From: an uncultured Acidobacteriota bacterium
GTDB lineage: Bacteria; Acidobacteriota; Thermoanaerobaculia; Gp7-AA8
Length of the DNA stretch: 64,000 bases
Assembly: GCA_963822445.1 (NCBI GenBank)
Contig: CAWGHO010000003.1
Span: forward strand, 352,001 to 416,000
Reading direction: 5' to 3'
The position numbers and the translations under genes were made by a program. The notes below the pieces were generated by a model. The model was not told the DNA's origin, made no database searches, and worked only from the letters and a program-made list of their open reading frames with translations. This document shows, one piece after another, positions 56,955-64,000 of this stretch (position 1 is the stretch's first letter; each line of letters opens with the position of its first letter).

Positions 56955-58226
56955 ATGCACACGCTCATGACCCTGCTCCTCGCGGCCACGATCGCCGCCG
57001 GCCCCCTCACCTGGAATGACTCGATCCGCGATGTCTACGTCGATGGGAAGCTCGACCGGACGGCGCAAACACTCACGAGCAGCTCGCCGCGGATGATCGC
57101 GGTGGTCTGCGGCGACGAGGTGTTGCTCTTCGATCCGGAGTCGAAGGCGGTGTCGCGGATGGCGAAGGCGCAGTTTGCGTTCGCACCGGACCGGACGACT
57201 GCCACGACGAACGCGACGGCCGAACCGGCCGGCACGCTGGTGTCGCCGGACGGGACGACGTTCGTGGCCAGCGCCGCGGGAAAGACGGTCATCGTCGCGC
57301 CGCATCAGAGCAAAGCGGGCGCGATGACGATCGACGAGCTCTGGGAAACGGCGCCGGTCTGGAAGAAGATCGCCGAGACGTACGAGCCGGACGGCGCGAT
57401 CGTCGACCGCCTCCGCGCGATCAAGGAGCCGGTGCGGCTGCAGGTCGTGCTCGCCACGTGGTGCGGCGACAGCCGGCAGCATGTGCCGCGGCTGCTGAAG
57501 GCGATCGAGCGGGCGAACAATCCTCATCTCACCGTCGAGCTGACGGGGATCGGTCCGGAGTTCCTCTCGCCGATGGCGGTCGTGCAGAACGAGAACATTA
57601 CGAATGTTCCGACGGTGATCGTGCGCCGCGGGTCCGCGGAGATCGGCCGCTTCGTCGAGACGCCGGCGGGCGCGACGGTCGAGAGCGACATCGCCGACAT
57701 CGCGGAAGGAAAGGCGAAGGTCCATCCGGGACGCTACGAACGCGGCGCGCTGCTGTCGTCGGGCACGTATCTGTTGCGCGACGCGCGCCGGCGGCATGAG
57801 GGAACGGAGCGCTTCGAGGTGTACGAGCGGCCGGGCGGCGGGGTGATCGCGCACAGTCTGATCGCCAGGCCGAACGGAACGAGCGTGGAGACCTGGGCGG
57901 CGATCGACGGCGAGAAGAAGCCGCGCTTCGTGGAGGTCACGCATCGCGCCTCAACGGCGACGCGTACGCGCTATCGCCGCGCTGGCGATACGTGGGCGGC
58001 GCATTCGCGCGGCGCGGACGGCGGGATCATCGACCAGACCGTGGCCATGCCGGACGCGGTGATCGCACCGGCTACCATCACCTATTCATGGGCTCGTGAC
58101 GCGGCGCGCATCTACGTGACCGGTGAGAACGGGATCGGGGCGATGAAGCACGTCGCGTTCAGGATGAATGGCGAGAACGTGCGCCTGGCCGATGGGTCGA
58201 CGCGGACGCTGGTCAAGCGGCAGTGA
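56955..58226 (+). CDS. Secreted multi-domain protein with a central thioredoxin-like domain
   Basis: Signal peptide; ATWCGDS and NVPT (cis-Pro); AGGGAGG RBS. Confidence 0.8.
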   Translation: MHTLMTLLLAATIAAGPLTWNDSIRDVYVDGKLDRTAQTLTSSSPRMIAVVCGDEVLLFDPESKAVSRMAKAQFAFAPDRTTATTNATAEPAGTLVSPDGTTFVASAAGKTVIVAPHQSKAGAMTIDELWETAPVWKKIAETYEPDGAIVDRLRAIKEPVRLQVVLATWCGDSRQHVPRLLKAIERANNPHLTVELTGIGPEFLSPMAVVQNENITNVPTVIVRRGSAEIGRFVETPAGATVESDIADIAEGKAKVHPGRYERGALLSSGTYLLRDARRRHEGTERFEVYERPGGGVIAHSLIARPNGTSVETWAAIDGEKKPRFVEVTHRASTATRTRYRRAGDTWAAHSRGADGGIIDQTVAMPDAVIAPATITYSWARDAARIYVTGENGIGAMKHVAFRMNGENVRLADGSTRTLVKRQ

Positions 58227-60432
58227 AGTAGACGTTCTGCTCGCGGCCGCACGCGCCGCACTGCCGCGTGACGATGGTCATCTCGCGCTCTGCATACCGC
58301 GCCCGGGAAATCTCGGGCGCGGAGTAGACCGCGGCGCCGCACAGGCAGCCGGTATGGGCCAGGTGCTGGTCGATCTGGTGAACGGGCAGCGCGGACGCGG
58401 GCGCTTCGCCGGGCCGGAACGAGGGCACGACCAACACCGGGTGGCGCTTTCGCGTCGCCAGGAACAGGCAGACGCCGACGAACACGGCCAGGATCACGAA
58501 TCCACCGGCCCACTTCACGATCGGCGACATCGGCTCATCGACCGGCTTCGGCTGTGCGCCTTCGGGCACGAGCCGGTAACCGATCTCGCTCCAGATGGCA
58601 TTGAGCTTGGTGAGATGCTCGGCCACGTCTTTGGCTTCGACATGATCGCGCCGCGCGCGCAGTGACTGGCGGAGCGTCACGGTCTTGCCGTTGCTGTCGA
58701 CGACATACTCGTAGCGGAACGCCGGGGTTTCCGTCACCGAGGTGGTCTTGTCGATGTCCATCTCCTCGGGGAAGTTGAAGGTTACGCGCTGTTCCACGTC
58801 GAGCGGATGATCGAAGGCCAACGGCATCGTTCGGATCATCGTGTCGGGACGGGAGAGATGCGACTCGAGCACGCGCGGGTACCAGCTCCAGTTCCCTTCC
58901 TTCCAGAGCTCGGGGATGCGATAGCGCTCGGTGACGACGATGACGTTCTGCAGACGATCATCGCTGATGCGCGGCAGGCCGAGGGCTTCGATCTTCGGCT
59001 GATCGATGGCCAGCTCGTTAATGCGATTCCCGGCGTAGTCCTCGATGGCCAGGCTGGCGAGGAACGAGCGCATTGAGTCGGCTTCGCCGCCGGCGTAAGT
59101 CGTCTTCACTTCGAGCGTGGTCGGCTTCGCGTAGTCGGTGGTGTTGTAGGTCTGCTCGACGCGGGTCTTCGCACGCGCGGCGGGGTTGATCGTGGTGAGC
59201 GCGGTCGTTTCCGCGCGGACGATCAGCGCGCTGCCTTCGCTCGGCGTGTCGATGGTGCTGAGCGTTCCGCCCTGATCGGAGATCGTGCCGTCGACCCAGT
59301 AGGTCTTGCCGCTGTCGATGACCTGAGCGATGACGTGATCGAAGAGGAAGGGCGAGGGGAGTTTCTCGGAGAGCCTGTGACGGAGGCGCGTGTTGACCAG
59401 CGCGGGATACGCCTCGAGGCCGAGCTCACGCAGGAGCGCGACGAGGAGCAGCGTCTTGTCCTTGCAATCGCCCCAGCGCGCGTCGAGGGTTTCCCACGGC
59501 TGGTGCGGCTCGTGGGAGTTGCGGCCCATCTCGATGCCGAGGTAGCGGATGTCGTCCTGGACGAAGCGGATGGCGGCGGTGATGCGCGCGTCGCGGGTTG
59601 GGTGTTCGGTGGTGATGCGTTCGGCGAGTTGCTTCACTTCAATGGTCGAGCGCTCGTCGAGGCGGAACATTAAGTCGGCCCAGACCGCGACTTCGTTCCA
59701 TGACGTGAAGTCGGTGACCTGGACGGAATCCCATGGCTCGAACCAGGTGGGGACCTCGTCGTCGACGGAGAAGGGGGCGACGTCGCGGCGCTCCCAGATC
59801 AGGCCGGATTCGGTGACTTTTGGTGCGAAGCCCTTCCAGTGGAGTGCGGCCGCCGCACTCCATACCAGCCGGTGGCGGATGCGCGCCGAGGGGACGGCCG
59901 AGCTGAGATCGAGCTCGGTGGTGAAGCGGCCGTTCAGAATCGGGTTCGCGCCGTCGAGCGACCAGGAGTAATCGATGATGTCGCCGGGGCGCACGTCCTT
60001 CACGAAGATCAGCGCGGTACGCTCGCCGTCGTAGATGCGGCGGTCGGAGTCGTCCTCTTTTTCGATGACGCGGATCGCGGACGGGCTGTAGGCGCGGATG
60101 CGCGTGCCGTTGCGGATGACCGAGACGTCGTGCAGGGTGAAGCGCTCGAAGGATGGATCGAAGTCGAGCTCGAGCTCGGAGGCGTTCTGCACGCCGCTCG
60201 GGGAGAGGACTTTGCGGACCGTGCGGAAGTAGTGCGATTCCGAGCCGTCGCCGGCAAGGACCTGGTGGTCGTTGAGCAGGTCGTACAGGCCCCAGCGGAC
60301 GTTCTGCTTATTAATGGTGGGGTTGGCGTCGACGGACAGCTGCTCGACCCAGTCCGGCGCCGGACGGATGTCGACCTGCGCGGACACGCCGACCGCGAGA
60401 CACATCAATAGGAAGAGGACCGTGGACCGCAA
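58213..60432 (-). CDS. DUF3857/transglutaminase-like protein with C-terminal TM helix and Cys-rich tail
   Basis: FVQDDIRY, GDCKDKT, FDHVI and WVDGT; TM helix; CLC...CGAC. Confidence 0.9.
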   Translation of the reverse strand: MRSTVLFLLMCLAVGVSAQVDIRPAPDWVEQLSVDANPTINKQNVRWGLYDLLNDHQVLAGDGSESHYFRTVRKVLSPSGVQNASELELDFDPSFERFTLHDVSVIRNGTRIRAYSPSAIRVIEKEDDSDRRIYDGERTALIFVKDVRPGDIIDYSWSLDGANPILNGRFTTELDLSSAVPSARIRHRLVWSAAAALHWKGFAPKVTESGLIWERRDVAPFSVDDEVPTWFEPWDSVQVTDFTSWNEVAVWADLMFRLDERSTIEVKQLAERITTEHPTRDARITAAIRFVQDDIRYLGIEMGRNSHEPHQPWETLDARWGDCKDKTLLLVALLRELGLEAYPALVNTRLRHRLSEKLPSPFLFDHVIAQVIDSGKTYWVDGTISDQGGTLSTIDTPSEGSALIVRAETTALTTINPAARAKTRVEQTYNTTDYAKPTTLEVKTTYAGGEADSMRSFLASLAIEDYAGNRINELAIDQPKIEALGLPRISDDRLQNVIVVTERYRIPELWKEGNWSWYPRVLESHLSRPDTMIRTMPLAFDHPLDVEQRVTFNFPEEMDIDKTTSVTETPAFRYEYVVDSNGKTVTLRQSLRARRDHVEAKDVAEHLTKLNAIWSEIGYRLVPEGAQPKPVDEPMSPIVKWAGGFVILAVFVGVCLFLATRKRHPVLVVPSFRPGEAPASALPVHQIDQHLAHTGCLCGAAVYSAPEISRARYAEREMTIVTRQCGACGREQNVYFTAA

Positions 60433-60447
60433 GACGCGAATTGTAAA

Positions 60448-61098
60448 TTATTTGCTCTTACTTGCCCATCCACAGATTGGGCATCCGGCCGCTTCATGGC
60501 CGCGCGCCGGGCAGTGCTCACGGCCGAAATAGATGATCTGCAGGTGGCGCCGACTCCACTCGTCCCGCGGAAAAACCTTCTTCAGATCCGCCTCGGTCTG
60601 CTCGACGTTCTTGCCGCGGGACAGTCCCCAGCGCTCGGCCAGTCGATGGATGTGCGTGTCGACGGCGAACGCCGGCTCGCCGAAGGCCTGGCTCATGACC
60701 ACGCTCGCGGTTTTGTGGCCGACGCCGGGCAGCCGCTCCAGCGCTTCCATGTCGCGCGGTACTTCGCCGCCGTATTCGTCGACGAGCGTCTGCGCGAGCT
60801 TCTTGATGTTGCGCGCTTTCGTCGGGGAGAGTCCGCAACTGCGGATGGCCTCGAGGATTTTCTCTTCGCTCAGCCTGGCCATTTCCGGCGGTGTGCTGGC
60901 GAGTTTGAACAGCGCGGGCGTGACTCGGTTGACCTGCGCGTCGGTGGTTTGCGCGGAGAGAAGCACGGCGACGAGCAGCGTGAAGGGATCTCGATGGTCG
61001 AGGGGAATGGGCGGCGTGGGATAGAGCTCGTCGAGGATCTCGCCGATCTTCTTCGCCTTGTCCGCGCGCTTCAACGCGTGTCCTCGAGATCGCGCCAT
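60448..61098 (-). CDS. nth: Endonuclease III
   Basis: LLSAQTTD, LPGVGHKTASVV (HhH), AVDTHIHR and GREHCPAR...CPIC. Confidence 0.95.
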   Translation of the reverse strand: MARSRGHALKRADKAKKIGEILDELYPTPPIPLDHRDPFTLLVAVLLSAQTTDAQVNRVTPALFKLASTPPEMARLSEEKILEAIRSCGLSPTKARNIKKLAQTLVDEYGGEVPRDMEALERLPGVGHKTASVVMSQAFGEPAFAVDTHIHRLAERWGLSRGKNVEQTEADLKKVFPRDEWSRRHLQIIYFGREHCPARGHEAAGCPICGWASKSK

Positions 61099-61583
61099 TG
61101 CGCGACGAAATCGGGGATGGCCGGCGACTCGAGGTCTTTGGCGACGAGGGCAACGACTTCACGCGGCGCGATGGTGCCGCTCGGGCCGCGGATGACCGCG
61201 CGCATGTGCCCGGCCGCGCAGAACACGCCTTCCTTTTCGACGATGTGCTCGAGGTAGAACCATTTCTCGTCCCAGCCGACGAGCCGCGAGCGGACGTCGA
61301 ATCGCTCGAAGGGCATGACCGAGCGGCGGAAGCGGATGATGCAGCCGCCCATGATCGGCCGCCAGCCGCGGCGGATGACTTTGTTGAAGAGTCGCATGCG
61401 GCCGAGGAGCTCCATGCGGGCGACGTCCATGAAGCTGATGAAACGGCCGGCGTTGAGATGAAGGTTGAGATCGCAGTCCTGGGGGAGAACGGTGAAGCGC
61501 ACGACCGATTCGTCGAGCGCGCCGATGCGCGAGCGGAAACGGCTCGCGAGCATGACCAGGAGGAAGCGGAAGAGGAGGAGCAC
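61071..61583 (-). CDS. Hotdog-fold thioesterase family protein
   Basis: DCDLNLHLNAGRF...DVAR; GWDEKWFYLEH. Confidence 0.88.
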   Translation of the reverse strand: MLLLFRFLLVMLASRFRSRIGALDESVVRFTVLPQDCDLNLHLNAGRFISFMDVARMELLGRMRLFNKVIRRGWRPIMGGCIIRFRRSVMPFERFDVRSRLVGWDEKWFYLEHIVEKEGVFCAAGHMRAVIRGPSGTIAPREVVALVAKDLESPAIPDFVAQWRDLEDTR

Positions 61584-61593
61584 GGAGGTTCTC

Positions 61594-61707
61594 CAGTTTA
61601 TCCCGCGCGAAGACGCGGGATCTCTCCGTGCACGAACGATCCTCGTGTTTGGGCGGCAGCCGTCGCGGTGTAACCGGAGATCCCGCGTCTGCGCGCGGGA
61701 TAAACTG
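61594..61707. repeat. 31-bp inverted repeat pair spanning a divergent promoter region
   Basis: CAGTTTATCCCGCGCGAAGACGCGGGATCTC and GAGATCCCGCGTCTGCGCGCGGGATAAACTG, 1 mismatch. Confidence 0.85.
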
Positions 61708-61713
61708 AAGAAG

Positions 61714-61890
61714 ATGCACGACGACCCCCCACCGCGCGAGCTTCCGGAGCGAACCGGCAGGCATCTCTGTGTGAAGTGCCTCGCGCAGATTCCGGGCGAG
61801 GAGTACTTCCGGAACGATCACATCTGCGATGCGTGCGCGGCGAGCGATGAATATCCGCTGGCGTCCACGCCCGAAGAGAAGAAGAAGTGA
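61714..61890 (+). CDS. Small zinc-finger-like protein (58 aa)
   Basis: CVKC...CDAC; the stop overlaps the GT4 start; TAAACT 7 nt upstream. Confidence 0.65.
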   Translation: MHDDPPPRELPERTGRHLCVKCLAQIPGEEYFRNDHICDACAASDEYPLASTPEEKKK

Positions 61891-62972
61891 CGCGGGTCGC
61901 GGTCGTTCATGACTGGCTCACCGGCATGCGCGGCGGGGAGGCGGTGCTGGAAGGCATCCTCGAGGTCGTGCCCGACGCTGAGCTCTTCACCCTCTTCCAC
62001 TTTCCCGGTTCCGTTTCGAAAGCGATCGAATCGCGGACCATTCACACATCGGAACTGCAGACCCTCGCCGGCCGCGTCGGCGACTATCGGCGGCTCCTGC
62101 CGTTCTTTCCGCGCGCCGCGCGCAAATGGGACTTCTCGCGATTCGATCTGATCATCTCCTCGAGCCATTGCGTCGCGAAAGGCGTCGACGCGAAGGGCAA
62201 GCCGCACCTCTGCTACTGCCACACGCCGATGCGGTACATCTGGGACCGGTTCGACGATTACTTTCCGCGCTCGCGGCCGTTGCAGCGCGCGGCGATGACG
62301 TCGATTGCGCCGTGGCTGCGGCGGTGGGATGTGTCGACCTCGAAGGAAGTCACGCAGTTCGTCGCGAACTCGAGCTTCGTGCGCGATCGCATCCGCCGCT
62401 ACTACGATCGTGACGCGGAGGTCATTCATCCGTTCGTCGCCGATGAATTTCTGAACGCGCCACTCGCCGACAGTCGCGATGACTATCACCTCGTCGTTTC
62501 CGCGCTGGTCCCGTACAAGCGCGTCGAACTGGCGATCGACGCCGCGGTGGCCAGCGGCAAGAAGCTGGTGATCATCGGCGGAGGTCCGCTGCTCGACAAA
62601 CTACGTCAGCGCGGCCGCACCAACGTCGAGCTGCTCGGGCCCGTACCAACGGCCGTGATCATCGAGCGGCTGGCGCGGGCGCGGAGCCTCATCCTGCCAG
62701 GGGTGGAGGACTTCGGCATCACTCCGCTCGAAGCCATGGCCCTCGGCACCCCCGTGGTCGCGCTCGGCGAAGGGGGCGTGCTCGACTCCGTGCCCCCCGG
62801 CCGCACAGGAATTTTCTTCGACCGGCCGGAGGTAGACTCGCTTCGCCGCGCTCTCGATGAAGTCGAGGCGCGTCAATGGGATCGGGCCGCATTGCGAGCG
62901 CACGCCGCGACGTTTTCGCGGGAGCGTTTCCGAGGCCGGATCAGCGGGGCGATTCAGAAACTGGTCGGATGA
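61887..62972 (+). CDS. GT4 family glycosyltransferase
   Basis: VHDWLTGMRGGE, CHTPMRYIWD, VPYKR and EDFGITPLEAMA motifs. Confidence 0.93.
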   Translation: MTRVAVVHDWLTGMRGGEAVLEGILEVVPDAELFTLFHFPGSVSKAIESRTIHTSELQTLAGRVGDYRRLLPFFPRAARKWDFSRFDLIISSSHCVAKGVDAKGKPHLCYCHTPMRYIWDRFDDYFPRSRPLQRAAMTSIAPWLRRWDVSTSKEVTQFVANSSFVRDRIRRYYDRDAEVIHPFVADEFLNAPLADSRDDYHLVVSALVPYKRVELAIDAAVASGKKLVIIGGGPLLDKLRQRGRTNVELLGPVPTAVIIERLARARSLILPGVEDFGITPLEAMALGTPVVALGEGGVLDSVPPGRTGIFFDRPEVDSLRRALDEVEARQWDRAALRAHAATFSRERFRGRISGAIQKLVG

Positions 62973-64000
62973 TCGAGAAAAAACACAGAGCACTCGCGTC
63001 GGTCTACCTGATCAACGACGCCGTGGCGTCGAACCTGGCCATGCTCTGCGCCTGGTTCCTCCGCTTCCAGTTCGAGGTCATCCCGGTCACCAAGGGGCAG
63101 CAGGAGCTGACCACGTACCTGAAGATGCTGCCGATCGTGACGCTGGTGTTCCCGCTCGCGTTCGCTGTGCAGGGCCTTTATCGCATTCGTCCGACGCGGG
63201 GGAAGACCGAGGAGTCGCTGGCGGTGGCGATCGGGTCGGTGGTGGCCACGATCATCCTGTCCGGCGTTTTGCTGTGGGTCCGGCCGGGGCCGCGCGACGT
63301 GCTGTACTCACGCGCGACGCTGGGCCTCTTCCTGATCTGCGCGATGGTGTTGACCATCCTCGGCCGCACGCTGGTGCGGTTCATCGTCGAGCGCCGTCAT
63401 CGCGCTGGGAAAGACCTCGATCGCGTGCTCATCGCGGGCAACGGCGATCTCGCCCGGGCGGTGCTGGAGCGGATGAAGGAACATCGCGATCAGCTCGGCT
63501 TCCGGATGGTCGGATATCTGCGCAATGGCGATGAGGCGACGCTGCCCGGACTGGAATGCCTGGGGACGGTCGGCGAAGCGGAGGCGGTGGTGAAGGCGCA
63601 CGAGATCGACCATGTGTTCGTCGCCCTGCCGCATGCGTCGTCCGAAGCGATGATGGCGTTGCTCGATCGTCTGACGCGGACTGCCGTGTCGATTCACGTC
63701 GTGCCCGATCTGCTGCAATTCATGGTCTTGCGCTCGCGCGTCGAGGATCTCGATGGCTTGCCGACCATCAATCTGTCCGAGACGCCGCTCGAGGGCTGGA
63801 GCCGTTTCGTGAAGCGCGCGTTCGATCTCGCTCTGGCCGCCGCGGCGCTGATCATCCTGTCGCCGGTGATGCTGGCCGTCGCGATTGCCATCTGGCTGGA
63901 AGACCGCGGGCCGGTGCTCTATCGCCAGATCCGCATGGGTCTCGATGGCAAGCCGTTCCCGATGGTGAAGTTCCGCTCGATGCGCGTCGGCGCGGAGAGC
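62969..64000 (+). CDS. Undecaprenyl-phosphate glucose phosphotransferase (WcaJ-like), runs off the window edge
   Basis: Translated by hand: MIEKKHRALASVYL..., TM helices, VLIAGNG, KRAFDL, GPVLYRQIRMGLDGKPF...KFRSM. Confidence 0.9.
   Translation, partial: MIEKKHRALASVYLINDAVASNLAMLCAWFLRFQFEVIPVTKGQQELTTYLKMLPIVTLVFPLAFAVQGLYRIRPTRGKTEESLAVAIGSVVATIILSGVLLWVRPGPRDVLYSRATLGLFLICAMVLTILGRTLVRFIVERRHRAGKDLDRVLIAGNGDLARAVLERMKEHRDQLGFRMVGYLRNGDEATLPGLECLGTVGEAEAVVKAHEIDHVFVALPHASSEAMMALLDRLTRTAVSIHVVPDLLQFMVLRSRVEDLDGLPTINLSETPLEGWSRFVKRAFDLALAAAALIILSPVMLAVAIAIWLEDRGPVLYRQIRMGLDGKPFPMVKFRSMRVGAES

Noticed and set aside
60448-60530. Only three cysteines in the Nth Fe-S motif
   Set aside because: Shortened C-terminal Cys motifs occur in other Nth proteins, so this is not distinctive enough.

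Overview
A GC-rich bacterial chromosomal window. The gene families (Ser/Thr kinase-TPR proteins, NB-ARC/BTAD regulator, large secreted multi-domain proteins) suggest Acidobacteriota, probably Thermoanaerobaculia-like; this is inference only. It holds about 55 CDS. Housekeeping and metabolic genes include deaD, ltaE, nth, a csp gene, ybaK, acuI and SCO/PCuAC. Other contents are three GGDEF-EAL c-di-GMP enzymes, a 7TM histidine kinase/response regulator module, a TPR-barrel/GT2/GH26 exopolysaccharide operon, BrnTA and HicAB toxin-antitoxin pairs, and a degraded Rhs polymorphic-toxin locus with an orphan ADP-ribosyltransferase-like tip. Several genes carry clustered frameshifts that are probably sequencing errors. 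No rRNA, tRNA or CRISPR array was seen. The most interesting signal is that four unrelated secreted proteins end in the same short basic motif, [KR]RR[SGA][VA][RK], with no transmembrane helix; this is a candidate undescribed C-terminal sorting or anchoring signal. Other notable signals are a signal-peptide-bearing Rhs system with two conserved junctions, a REP doublet inserted in frame in a coding gene, widespread leaderless -10 promoters, an attC-like site closing the BrnTA pair, and several families of tandem-repeat hairpins.
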